A stretch of DNA of 64,000 nt, from assembly GCA_964653555.1 (NCBI GenBank), contig CAZZFT010000001.1, positions 929 through 64,928 of the forward strand, given 5' to 3'. Origin of the DNA: an uncultured Spirochaetales bacterium. Its GTDB lineage: Bacteria > Myxococcota_A > UBA9160 > SMWR01. Positions 31,061 to 39,905 of this stretch are shown here, piece by piece. The translations under genes and the position numbers were made by a program. The first letter of the stretch is position 1. Every line of letters starts with the position of its first letter. The notes under the pieces were generated by a model. That model saw nothing but the letters and a program-made list of their open reading frames with translations, was not told the origin of the DNA and did no database searches.

Positions 31061-31519
31061 TCAGAGCGCCTTCAGGTGGCGCGACACGTCGCCCAGGAGA
31101 TCCATCGCGATCCTGCGCTGCCAGAAGCGCCATCCCCCGTCGTCGCGGCGGAGCCGGTCCAGGTAGCGCCCGACCACGATCGGCTGGAGAGGGAAGTCCG
31201 GCAACGCCTGGAACACCGTGAAGGTGGTGTGGGCCTCGGCGCTCGTCGCGTCGGCCGCGAGCGTCACGATCGTGTTGGTGTTGACGTGGCGCGTGCCGGG
31301 GACCCCGTCGTAGAAGCGCATCGAGCTCGTCATCAGCTCGCGCACCGCCGCGGCGCCCCGGACCGAGGTGTCGCTGCCTTCGATGGACAGCTCGGCGCCC
31401 TCGAAGAGCTTCGCGAAGCCGTCGACGTCGCCCGCGTCGAGCAGCTCTGAATAGCGGTAGATCAGGGTGCGGATCGCCTCCACGTGCCGCGGCGCGTCGC
31501 TGGTGTCGGGTCGTGCCAT
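31061..31519 (-). CDS. NTF2-like (SnoaL-like) family protein
   Basis: 152 aa. VEAIRTLIYRYSELLDAGDVDGFAKLF is a typical N-terminal helix pattern. Confidence 0.75.
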   Translation of the reverse strand: MARPDTSDAPRHVEAIRTLIYRYSELLDAGDVDGFAKLFEGAELSIEGSDTSVRGAAAVRELMTSSMRFYDGVPGTRHVNTNTIVTLAADATSAEAHTTFTVFQALPDFPLQPIVVGRYLDRLRRDDGGWRFWQRRIAMDLLGDVSRHLKAL

Positions 31520-31534
31520 CGCGCGGTTGGCCCC

Positions 31535-31978
31535 TCAGCTCGCCAGCCGGCGCAGCTGGAACACCGGGATGGCGGCGCGTCCGGTGCGCTCCTCGTACAT
31601 CGGGAACCGTCGCACCGTCCGTTTGCCCTCTTCCCAGAGTCTGCGGCGCTCCTCGTCCGAGGCGAGCGTCGCGCGCACCCGGAATCGGTCGCGACCCATC
31701 TGCACTTCCGCCTCCGGATGTGCGCGGAGATTGTGGTACCAGGCCGGGTTGCGGTCCGAGGCGTTGTCCGTCGCGAAGATCGCCCAGCCCTCTCCATCGG
31801 GCAGGTAGATCAACGGAGTGGTTCGCGGCTGGCCCGAGCGCGCCCCGATCGTGGTGAGGAGCATGGTCTCGACGCCGAGCGTCCGCCCGCCGATCCGGCC
31901 CCCGCTGAGCTGGTATACCGCGCGCTGCAACGAGATGAACCCGCGCAGCAGAGGATTCGAGTAGGAGCCGGTCCGCAT
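31535..31978 (-). CDS. Deazaflavin (F420H2)-dependent nitroreductase/quinone reductase family protein (DDN-like)
   Basis: LTTIGARSGQPRTTPLIY...NPAWYHNLRAHPEAEVQ...IPVFQL is the split-barrel DDN family pattern. Confidence 0.82.
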   Translation of the reverse strand: MRTGSYSNPLLRGFISLQRAVYQLSGGRIGGRTLGVETMLLTTIGARSGQPRTTPLIYLPDGEGWAIFATDNASDRNPAWYHNLRAHPEAEVQMGRDRFRVRATLASDEERRRLWEEGKRTVRRFPMYEERTGRAAIPVFQLRRLAS

Positions 31979-31994
31979 GTTCCTCGCTCGCGTG

Positions 31995-33113
31995 TCAGGC
32001 GTCGCTCCCGAGCTGCACGACGACCGCGTCGAGCAGGGCGGCGCTCTCGACCGCCCGCGCGGGGTCGGCCATCGCGGTGACGTCCATCAGAGTCACGTGG
32101 TCGAGGCCCGCATCCTGGTACTCCCGAACGCGCGCCGCGACGTCGTCGGGGGTGCCGTGGAAGAGGACCTCCTGGACGTACTCGTCGGGGACGCGGTCGA
32201 GCAGGCGGCAAAGCTCGTTCGTCGTGTACTCGGTGGCGAGCAGCTCGCGGATTCCCGTCCAGCCCGGACCCATCGGATGCTCGCGCCCCGCCTTCTCGAA
32301 GGTGGCGGCGGGCTGCAGGAACACGAGGTACTTGAGCATCGGGTTGCGCAGCAGGGCGAGGCTGGTTTCGGGCTTTTCGGCCATCACGCAGTAGTGGACG
32401 AGCGAGTAGGTGAGCGCGGCGGGATCGCGTCCCGCTTCGCTGGCGGCCTTACGCACCATCTCCGCTCGCTCCCGGTACTCCGTCGGGGTCAGGTACCAGG
32501 GGAACCACGCATCGCCCAGGCGACCGGTCATCCGCAGGGTGCGCGGACCGTTCGCGGCGATCCAGATCGGCGGATACCGGCCCGGCTCGAAGGGAGCGAG
32601 ACCGCAGGCGGCATCGCGCAGCTGGAAGAACTCGCCCTGGTAGTCGACGGGGCCCTGGTTCTCCCAGAGCAGGCGAACCACCTCGAGCGCCTCCTCGAGT
32701 CGGGAGACGGGGCGGGAGAAGGGCAGGCCGTAGGGCGTGAGGTTCTCGGGCTCGCCCGATCCGATGCCGAGGATCGAGCGCCCCCGCGTCAAATGGTCGA
32801 GGGTGAGCCACTCCTGGGCGAGCATCGCGGGGTGGCGCCGGATCGCCTCGGTGACGCCGGTTCCCAGGCGGATGCGCTCGGTGTGCACGCCCGCCGCGGC
32901 GATACACGCCACCGTGTCGTAGAACCTATGGGGGCTCTCGGCGAAGGCCGCCGCGGGCGTGACATCGGTCGTCCACAGCGCGTCGGGCATCCCCATCAGG
33001 TGGTCGGCCCAGAGGATCGCGTCGTAGCCGCGACTCTCGCAGGATCGGCAGGCGGCGAGGAACGCCTCCACCGGGAGGAAGGGCGGACCGATCGTGGCGA
33101 CGGGGATGCCCAT
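31995..33113 (-). CDS. LLM class F420-dependent oxidoreductase
   Basis: ATG 33113 follows GGAGG. ILWADHLMG..., IRLGTGVTEAIRRHPAMLAQEWLTLDHLTRGRSILGIGSGE. Confidence 0.85.
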   Translation of the reverse strand: MGIPVATIGPPFLPVEAFLAACRSCESRGYDAILWADHLMGMPDALWTTDVTPAAAFAESPHRFYDTVACIAAAGVHTERIRLGTGVTEAIRRHPAMLAQEWLTLDHLTRGRSILGIGSGEPENLTPYGLPFSRPVSRLEEALEVVRLLWENQGPVDYQGEFFQLRDAACGLAPFEPGRYPPIWIAANGPRTLRMTGRLGDAWFPWYLTPTEYRERAEMVRKAASEAGRDPAALTYSLVHYCVMAEKPETSLALLRNPMLKYLVFLQPAATFEKAGREHPMGPGWTGIRELLATEYTTNELCRLLDRVPDEYVQEVLFHGTPDDVAARVREYQDAGLDHVTLMDVTAMADPARAVESAALLDAVVVQLGSDA

Positions 33114-33178
33114 GGGTCGAACCTCCAGTTCCCGTTCCTTCCCAGGGTGAGGCGCCGCCCAGACTGATGGCGCCCCCT

Positions 33179-33218
33179 TGATTATGTGCCCAGACATCGC
33201 AAAAATCGAGGATATTCC
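33179..33218. promoter_or_regulatory. Recurrent motif, site 6 (LLM / NTF2 divergent region)
   Basis: TGATTATGTGCCCAGACATCGCAAAAATCGAGGATATTCC. Confidence 0.4.
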
Positions 33219-33315
33219 TGCCGATCGCCTCCGAGCCGCGCACCGCGTGGCCGGGACCTGCCAGTCTCGTGGCCAGCGGGCCAGAGGGGGCGAGAGGGAG
33301 TAGGAGGGAGCCCCG

Positions 33316-33792
33316 ATGTCGACACGGACCGTGCCCGATCGCGAGATCCGCGTGCTGATCGATCGGATGGCGATCCTGGATCTGTGCGCGCGCTACACGC
33401 ACACGGGGAATGCCCACGACCCGGAGGCCCACGGGGCGACGTTCACGAGCGACGGCGTCCTCGAGACCGTCGACGAGAACGGAGAGCCCATCGAGGGCTG
33501 GGTGATGAATGGACCCGAGGCCGTCGCCGAGCTCGTGCGTCGCTCGCCTCCCGGTCCGGTCGAGATCACATCCGACACGCGGATCGAGATCGAGGGCGAC
33601 ACGGCGACGGGAACGTCCTCGTTCCTGTTCGGCATGCGAGCACGGGACCGCAAGAGCTTCCGCATCGTAACCACCGGTCGCTACCGCGACTGTTTCCGCC
33701 GCACCGCGGAGGGCTGGCGGATCGAGCGCCGGACGGTGCAGCTCGACATCGGGATCGAGGAGTTCGTCCGGGCGATGATGGCCGGGGCGTGA
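33316..33792 (+). CDS. NTF2-like (SnoaL-like) family protein
   Basis: 158 aa. RBS AGGAGGGAG. REIRVLIDRMAILDLCARYTH. Confidence 0.75.
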   Translation: MSTRTVPDREIRVLIDRMAILDLCARYTHTGNAHDPEAHGATFTSDGVLETVDENGEPIEGWVMNGPEAVAELVRRSPPGPVEITSDTRIEIEGDTATGTSSFLFGMRARDRKSFRIVTTGRYRDCFRRTAEGWRIERRTVQLDIGIEEFVRAMMAGA

Positions 33793-33823
33793 GGCCCGAG
33801 ACCCGGACAGGAGGAGTTCGTAG

Positions 33824-34309
33824 ATGACGATCGAGCGCGACCTCCAGCGACTGCTGGACATCGAGGAGATCAAGCAGCTCAAGGCGCGCTACTTCCGCTG
33901 TATCGACCGAAAGCTGTGGTCCGAGTGGCACACGGTCTACGCGCCGGACGTCGTGACCGGGGGACAGGGGTTCGAGATCCGCGGTCTCGATACCGTGATC
34001 GCCTTCACGAAGGAGCGGGTCGGCGAAGCCGTTACGGTCCATCACGGACACCAGGTCGAGATCTGGTTCGACGACGATCGCCACGCTCGCGCCATCTGGG
34101 CCATGCAGGACATCGTGCAGTTCGACACCGACGGCGAGCCCCAGGGCTTCCGGGGCTACGGACACTACGAGGACTCGTACGAGAAGCTCGACGCGGGCTG
34201 GCGGATCACATCGAGCGAGCTGGTCCGCCATCTCACGCACAAGCTTCCTGGCGGATACCCCTCGCAGTGGCTGAAGAAGAAGCCCGGGCCCTACGGCGAG
34301 CAGGCTTGA
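33824..34309 (+). CDS. NTF2-like (SnoaL-like) family protein
   Basis: 161 aa. RBS CAGGAGGAG. LLDIEEIKQLKARYFRCIDRKLW. Confidence 0.78.
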   Translation: MTIERDLQRLLDIEEIKQLKARYFRCIDRKLWSEWHTVYAPDVVTGGQGFEIRGLDTVIAFTKERVGEAVTVHHGHQVEIWFDDDRHARAIWAMQDIVQFDTDGEPQGFRGYGHYEDSYEKLDAGWRITSSELVRHLTHKLPGGYPSQWLKKKPGPYGEQA

Positions 34310-34323
34310 AGGGGACGGCGGCG

Positions 34324-35310
34324 ATGCGGCTGGGATTGCAGATCGACCTGCGCAATCCGATCGACGAGCGCCGTCCCTGGGCCGATCACTACGCCCATTG
34401 GCTGGACCGGATCGCCGAGGCCGATCAGCTCGGCTGTGACGCGGTCTGGCTTCCCGAGCACCACCTCTTCGAAGACGGCTACCTCACCCAGCCCCTGACC
34501 TTCGCCGCGGCGATCGCGATGCGCACCCGGCGGCTGCGGATCGGCACCGCGGTGCTGCTCGCGCCGCTGCGACCCGCGATCCTGATCGCGGAGGAGGCCG
34601 CCCTGGTGGACATCCTGAGCCGCGGTCGCCTCGAGCTGGGCATCGGCGCCGGCTATCGCATTCCCGAATACGAAGCCTACGGTGTGGACCCCGGCCAGCG
34701 CTTCCAGGCCGTGCGGCGCTGCCTGCGCGAGCTGCCGCGACTGCTGGAGGAGGTCTCCCCCCCTCCCGTTCAGCGCCCGATGCCGCTGTGGCTGGGGACC
34801 AACACGCCGCGGGGAGCGCGCGCGGCAGGCCGGCAAGGGGCCGGCCTGCTCAACGCCAAGCAGGCGCTGCTCGGTCCCTATCTCGAAGGTCTCGAGGAAG
34901 GCGGTCGCGATCGCAGCCAGGCGCGGATGGCCGCTTGGGCCTTCTCCATCGTCGCCGACGACCCCGAGGCCGTCTACGACCAGATCGCGCCCCACTACAT
35001 GTACGTGGTCAACTCGTACCGCCGCTACATGGTCGAGGGGACGGGCAAGCCGAAGCCCCCGCTGCTGCCGGCGTCGGCGGCGCGTACCTTCCAGAGTTCC
35101 ATGCTGCCGGCGCTCGAGGTGCTCACGCCCGATCAGACGGTCGCCCGCATCGAGTCGCTAACCGCCGGGCTTCCGGTTTCGGACATGTGGTTCTACGCCG
35201 ACTTCGGCTCGATGCCCGCGGCGATCGTCGACCGCCACATCGAGCTCCTGTTCACGGCGGTGCGTCCCGCGCTCGCACGGGTGCAGCCCGGCTCGGCGGC
35301 GCCGCGCTGA
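34324..35310 (+). CDS. LLM class flavin/F420-dependent oxidoreductase
   Basis: MRLGLQIDL..., WLPEHHLFEDGY, LRIGTAVLLAPLRPAILIAEEAALVDILSRGRLELGIGAGY. Confidence 0.85.
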   Translation: MRLGLQIDLRNPIDERRPWADHYAHWLDRIAEADQLGCDAVWLPEHHLFEDGYLTQPLTFAAAIAMRTRRLRIGTAVLLAPLRPAILIAEEAALVDILSRGRLELGIGAGYRIPEYEAYGVDPGQRFQAVRRCLRELPRLLEEVSPPPVQRPMPLWLGTNTPRGARAAGRQGAGLLNAKQALLGPYLEGLEEGGRDRSQARMAAWAFSIVADDPEAVYDQIAPHYMYVVNSYRRYMVEGTGKPKPPLLPASAARTFQSSMLPALEVLTPDQTVARIESLTAGLPVSDMWFYADFGSMPAAIVDRHIELLFTAVRPALARVQPGSAAPR

Positions 35311-35319
35311 GCCCCCCCG

Positions 35320-35676
35320 TCACCGCTCGGGCCCCCCCGACGCGAAGAACACGAGCAACTCCATGTCCTCGTCGATCTCCACGAAGGAGTGCTCGGAGGT
35401 GGCTCCCACGTAGAGGATGGCGCCGGGCTCCACGACGCGCTCCTCGTCGTCGATCCGGACGCGCGCCCGGCCCGACAGGACGTAGTAGACCTCGTCCTCG
35501 TCGTGGGGAGCCTGGAGGTCCGCCGCGCCAGCGCGCAGCCGATAGATCCCGCAGGAGAGCGCCGGCACTCGCAGGAACTCGAGGTAGGGCGAGGACGAGC
35601 GCCGGGTCCGCTCGAGGACCTCGTCGAGCCGGAACACGCGCCAGGCGGAGTTGGGAGCACGATCTCTCTCGGCCAT
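35320..35676 (-). CDS. Cupin domain-containing protein
   Basis: 118 aa. PHDEDEVYYVLSGRARVRIDDEERVVEPGAILYVGATSEHSF is the cupin two-motif pattern. Confidence 0.8.
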   Translation of the reverse strand: MAERDRAPNSAWRVFRLDEVLERTRRSSSPYLEFLRVPALSCGIYRLRAGAADLQAPHDEDEVYYVLSGRARVRIDDEERVVEPGAILYVGATSEHSFVEIDEDMELLVFFASGGPER

Positions 35677-35728
35677 GGATGGGTTCTCCCGCCGGTCGCT
35701 GCTCGACGGCGGCGACTGAGCCAGCCGC

Positions 35729-36940
35729 TCACGACGGCTCGGGGGCGGGCTCCACGTCGAAGCGCGGCATCACCTTCTCGGCGAACGTCTCGAGCGAGCG
35801 CAGCTGGACGTCGCGCGGTACGCGCCCGGTCCAGGTGAGCAGCAGCAGGTGCTCGGCCTGGGTTCGCTGGAGGTGCTGCTCGATCTTGCGCGTCACCTCG
35901 TCCGGACTGCCCGCCAGCGTGAAGCCCGTGTCCACCAGATCCTGGTAGCGGTAGGGCCGAGGACCCGGCGGATCCTCCGGACGGCGGAAGACCTCGCGGA
36001 AGAGCGGCGGGTAGTAGCGCCCGTAGAGGCCCTCGCAGGCCGCCTCGTCGTAGCGCCGGGCCTCGTCGCCGTCGGGCAGGCAGACGAACGGTCGCTGGTA
36101 GGCGATGCCCTCGCCGTAGGCGCGCGGGTGACCGGCAGCGGTCGATTCCTCCCGGAAGATCGTCTGGAAGAACTTCTGGTGCTCCGGATCGACGAGTCCC
36201 AGCGCGAGGTTCATGCCCTCGCGGCCCGCCCAGCGCACGGTCGACTCGGAGAAGGAGAACGCCTGCCAGCGCACGGGCATCCTGCGCTTGGGCAGCTTGG
36301 GTACGACGGCGAGCTCCGTGACGATTCCCTGCGGCGTCACGCCCCGCCCGTGGTCCAGGGTCAGCTCGTTTTCCCAGACGAGGTTCTTCGGCGGGATCTT
36401 GTAGAACTCGCCGTCGAAGCTCACGAAGTCGTCGCGCAGCGCGGACATCAGGATCTGGTAGCTCTCCAGGAAGGCCCTGCGGTTGGCCTCGTCGCCCTCG
36501 GAGCGGTCGGACGAGGCACCGGCGACGTTCCTCGGGGCGATCGGCGTCACCTCGCGACTCTGGAAGCCGCGCACGAAGCCGAGCTCCAGCCGATCGCCGA
36601 ACATGTGAGCCGTCGTGGCGATGTCCTCGGCGAGGCGCAGCGGATTCCAGCAGGCGAGGGAGAGACCGAGCTGTCCTAGCTTGAGCCTCCGGGTGTTCAT
36701 GCCGATCCAGATGTCGAGCAGCAAGGGGTTGTGAGAGACCTCGAAGCCCTCGACGCTGAAGTGATGCTCGGCGAAGTAGAAGCCCCAGAATCCGGCCTCC
36801 TCGACGAGCTGCGCCTGGACTTTCAGGTCCTCCATCATGTAGGCGTACTGGTCCGGATCGTTCCCGAGCAGGGGGTCGCGCCGGTAGGCGTCGGGATCCC
36901 CCGAGCCGAGCTGCGGAAATCCGAACAGGCTGAACTTCAT
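35729..36940 (-). CDS. LLM class flavin-dependent oxidoreductase, long subtype, paralog C
   Basis: 403 aa, colinear with the ORFs at 20503 and 21738 (MKFSLFGFPQLGSGDP, YFAEHHFSVEGFE, ELGFVRGFQSREV). Confidence 0.85.
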   Translation of the reverse strand: MKFSLFGFPQLGSGDPDAYRRDPLLGNDPDQYAYMMEDLKVQAQLVEEAGFWGFYFAEHHFSVEGFEVSHNPLLLDIWIGMNTRRLKLGQLGLSLACWNPLRLAEDIATTAHMFGDRLELGFVRGFQSREVTPIAPRNVAGASSDRSEGDEANRRAFLESYQILMSALRDDFVSFDGEFYKIPPKNLVWENELTLDHGRGVTPQGIVTELAVVPKLPKRRMPVRWQAFSFSESTVRWAGREGMNLALGLVDPEHQKFFQTIFREESTAAGHPRAYGEGIAYQRPFVCLPDGDEARRYDEAACEGLYGRYYPPLFREVFRRPEDPPGPRPYRYQDLVDTGFTLAGSPDEVTRKIEQHLQRTQAEHLLLLTWTGRVPRDVQLRSLETFAEKVMPRFDVEPAPEPS

Positions 36941-36994
36941 CTCGGGCTCTCCTTGGTCGTGATCGATTCCTCGAACCTCGCCTGCGCGCGCCGC

Positions 36995-37420
36995 TCAGGG
37001 ATGTCCGGGTGGCATGCGCGGCGGCACCAGTAGATCTTCGTCGCGACGACGCGTCGCCACGCGGTGGCGGATCCGCCAGCCGTCGCTCGTCTCGACCAGC
37101 ACATCTTCGTAGGTGCCGGTGCTGACGTGACCGGCGGCGAGGACGCCCAGGATCTTGCTCGTCGCCCGGGTCGCTCCGTCGGCGGAACGGGAAACGACGA
37201 CATTGGTCACGTGGTGCGCGAGCGGGTGCTGGGCGTCCGCGAAGAAGGAGCGCATCGCCTCCAGCCCCTCGAGGGCGTGCAGGCCCACGGAGCTCACGTC
37301 GTAGACGGCGTCGTCGGTGAACACCTCCGCCAGCCCGGGCCAGTCGCGTCGGTCCATCAGGTGTCCGAAGCGGCCCAGGAGCTCGTGGATGGCAAGGACG
37401 TCCCCGGTCGTGAGCGGCAC
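36995..37420 (-). CDS. NTF2-like (SnoaL-like) family protein
   Basis: The GTG 37420 start gives DVLAIHELLGRFGHLMDRRDW at the N-terminus, as in the other NTF2-like paralogs. The longer ORF back to 37534 would run through the AT-rich promoter region. Confidence 0.68.
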   Translation of the reverse strand: MPLTTGDVLAIHELLGRFGHLMDRRDWPGLAEVFTDDAVYDVSSVGLHALEGLEAMRSFFADAQHPLAHHVTNVVVSRSADGATRATSKILGVLAAGHVSTGTYEDVLVETSDGWRIRHRVATRRRDEDLLVPPRMPPGHP

Positions 37421-37424
37421 CCCT

Positions 37425-37458
37425 GGATTATCGCACACAAAGGTACGAAAATGTAAGG
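37425..37458. promoter_or_regulatory. Recurrent motif, site 7 (NTF2 / GFA divergent region)
   Basis: GGATTATCGCACACAAAGGTACGAAAATGTAAGG. Confidence 0.4.
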
Positions 37459-37524
37459 CGCGGCGGCCGGACACCGCTCCGGAGCACGGCGTCCGGCAGG
37501 AACGGCGAAGGAGGGGACAGCCGC

Positions 37525-37944
37525 ATGGAGGCACCGTTCACCGGGGGCTGCAGCTGTCGCGCGGTCCGCTATGCGTGCCACGCCCGTCCCGAGATCGCGC
37601 TCCATTGCTATTGTCGGGATTGTCAGCTCGCCACCGGTGGGGCCTGCGCGACCGTGGTGGTGGTGCCGGTGGCGGCGCTGGTCGTCGAGCACGGCGAGCC
37701 GGCGCTCCACGACGTCCAGGGGGAGAGCGGCCATGTCGCGAGACGGCAGTTCTGTCGCACCTGCGGGTCGCCGCTCTTCGCCGGCTCGCTCGCCCACCCC
37801 GATACGATCGGCGTGTACGCGGCCACGCTCGACGACCCCAGCCGGGTCGAGCCCGGTCTGAACCTCTGGACGCGGAGCAAGCCGCCCTGGGCCCGGCTGG
37901 ACCCGAAGCTCCCCAGCCTCGAGCGCGGTCGGAGCCGACGCTGA
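37525..37944 (+). CDS. GFA (glutathione-dependent formaldehyde-activating/CENP-V) family protein
   Basis: GGCSCRAVRY...CYCRDCQ...FCRTCGSPLF is the Cys-rich GFA zinc pattern. Confidence 0.85.
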   Translation: MEAPFTGGCSCRAVRYACHARPEIALHCYCRDCQLATGGACATVVVVPVAALVVEHGEPALHDVQGESGHVARRQFCRTCGSPLFAGSLAHPDTIGVYAATLDDPSRVEPGLNLWTRSKPPWARLDPKLPSLERGRSRR

Positions 37945-37959
37945 GACTTGCGGCCTAGC

Positions 37960-38998
37960 TGTCGAGTCCAGGGAGGTTCGTCATGAGGACCTCCGGAGTC
38001 GGCTCATCGGGGCACGGTAGCCCAGGGAGGTATGGGGCCGGTCTTCGTTGTATTCGCGGAGCCACTTCGGCAGGGCTCTGGTTCGCTGATTCGAGGTGCG
38101 GTAGGGCCGGGCGTAGGCCCACTCGCGGAGCAGGGTCTGGATGAATCGCTCCGCTTTGCCGTTGGTCTGCGGGCGATAGGGCCTCGTGTAGAGGTGACGA
38201 ATTCCCAGCTCCTGGAGCGTCTGATTGAAGACGTGGGAGACGTAGCAAGAGCCGTTGTCCGTGAGGACGGCCTGGACGAGGACGCCGCGCCGACGAAGCC
38301 AGCGCAGGGCACGGTGCACAAACGCCTCGGCACTCTGTGCGCGTTCATCGGGCAGCACTTCCGCGTAGGTGACCCGGCTGTGATCATCCACGCAGACGTG
38401 GACGAACTCCCAGCCGATGCCTCGCTGGCGGGTCCGGCGGTGGCCATGGATGCGATGGCCTACCCCCCCCGGATCCGACCGAGCTTCTTGACGTCCAGAT
38501 GGAGGATCTCGCCCGGCTGCTCGCGCTCGTAGCGCACGACCGCGGGCTTCGGAGTCAGCTTCGAGAGCCGCTCGAGGCCGCAGCGCTTGAGGACTGCGGC
38601 CACCGTCGAGCGCGGCACGCCGAGGCGGTGAGCGATCTGCAGGGCTGTCTTCCGGCGATGGCGCAGCTTGGCGATCTGCCGTTCCCGCCAGGCCGGGGTT
38701 CGCTGCGGCACCCGTCGCGGCCGACACGGCCGATCCGCCAAGCCGGATCGGCCGTCCTCCCGGTATCTCCGGCACCAGCGATAGACGGTCCGCACGCTGA
38801 CACCGGCCGCCTGCGCGGTGTCCTCCACGGCCCAGCCCAGACGATGCACTCGCTCGACCAGGAGCTCGCGGGTGTACGGGGTCGTTTTGGCGTTAGGATG
38901 AAGTCTCACCTGGGGTCCCTCCGGGAGAGTGGTTGAGGTTTCGCAACCCCATTCTCTCCGGAGGTCACCCCGGGTGACCAACGCTCCTGGAATTGACA
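37960..38998 (-). mobile_element. IS481-family insertion sequence (1039 bp)
   Basis: 24-bp imperfect terminal inverted repeats, 18/24 identical: TGTCGAGTCCAGGGAGGTTCGTCA at 37960-37983, and the reverse complement of 38975-38998, TGTCAATTCCAGGAGCGTTGGTCA. Flanking CCTAGC/CCTAGG direct repeats at 37954-37959 and 38999-39004. The internal transposase is DDE/IS481-like. Confidence 0.85.
37981..38909 (-). pseudogene. IS481-family transposase, split by a frameshift at a G8 run
   Basis: The N-terminal part (38460-38909: HTH, YEREQPGEILHLDVKKLGRI) and the C-terminal part (37981 to about 38470: VGHRIHG...DNGSCY...YRPQTNGKAERF) are in different frames. They meet at the C8 run on the + strand, 38463-38470. 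Confidence 0.85.
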
Positions 38999-38999
38999 C

Positions 39000-39905
39000 C
39001 TAGGGCAGCCGACGGAGCCACTCGGCGAGGACCCGGCCCAGCTCGTCGGGAGAGTCCTCCTGGAGGAAGTGCGTGCCGGGCACGCGGGCGACCTCTTGGT
39101 GGCGCCAGCCCTCTGCAAAGCCCTCCGGCGCCATGTGGCGGATCGCGCCCGGCTCCGCGTCGACGCGCAACTTCGGCACGTCCGACTCGGGCAGCCAGCG
39201 CAGGAAGTCCTCCATCGCCGCCGCGACCCCGGCGGGCTCTCCGTCGATCGGCAGCGAGCGCATCCAGGACAGGATCGGGCGGCGACTCTCTCCCGGCTCG
39301 CGGAACGGGCGTCGGTACTCGCGCAGCTCTTCTTCGCCCCACCCGCGCAGCGGCGCGTACTGCGGGAACATGAACTCGAAGAAGACGTCCTGCTCGAGAA
39401 TCAGCGCCTCGCCCTCGTCGGAGCGAACCCTGCGCATCAGGGTCGGCGACCACTCGGGCAGCTTGTCGAGCTGGAGCGGGAAGGCGAAGGCCTCGGCGTA
39501 GGCGATGCCGCGCACGGCTTCCCGGTGCCGGTTCGCCCAGTGGAAGCCGAGCGCCGCACCCCAGTCATGGAGGACCAGGGTCACGCGCTCGCGGATCGAG
39601 AGGGCGTCGAGGAAGGCCTCGAGGTATCGGTAGCTCTCCGAGAAGCCGTACCGGTCCGGGCCGCTCGGCTCGAGTTTGTCGGAGTCGCCCATGCCGATCA
39701 GGTCGGGAGCGATGCACCGGCCCAGGTCCTCGAGGTGGGGGACCACGCCTCGCCACAGATGGGACGAGGTGGGGTTGCCGTGAAGGAGCACGATCGGGTC
39801 CCCCTTTCCGGCCGCCACATATGCCATGCGGGAGTCGAGAACCCGCTGGCGCTCCTTCCGCCGACCCTTGCCTCCCGCGTCGATCACGAGCGCTCCGACG
39901 CTCAC
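39000..39905 (-). CDS. Haloalkane dehalogenase (alpha/beta hydrolase, HLD-II-like)
   Basis: LLHGNPTSSHLWR, nucleophile HDWGAALGF, and C-terminal PGTHFLQEDSPDE. GTG 39905 directly follows the upstream stop (TAGGTG). Confidence 0.88.
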   Translation of the reverse strand: MSVGALVIDAGGKGRRKERQRVLDSRMAYVAAGKGDPIVLLHGNPTSSHLWRGVVPHLEDLGRCIAPDLIGMGDSDKLEPSGPDRYGFSESYRYLEAFLDALSIRERVTLVLHDWGAALGFHWANRHREAVRGIAYAEAFAFPLQLDKLPEWSPTLMRRVRSDEGEALILEQDVFFEFMFPQYAPLRGWGEEELREYRRPFREPGESRRPILSWMRSLPIDGEPAGVAAAMEDFLRWLPESDVPKLRVDAEPGAIRHMAPEGFAEGWRHQEVARVPGTHFLQEDSPDELGRVLAEWLRRLP

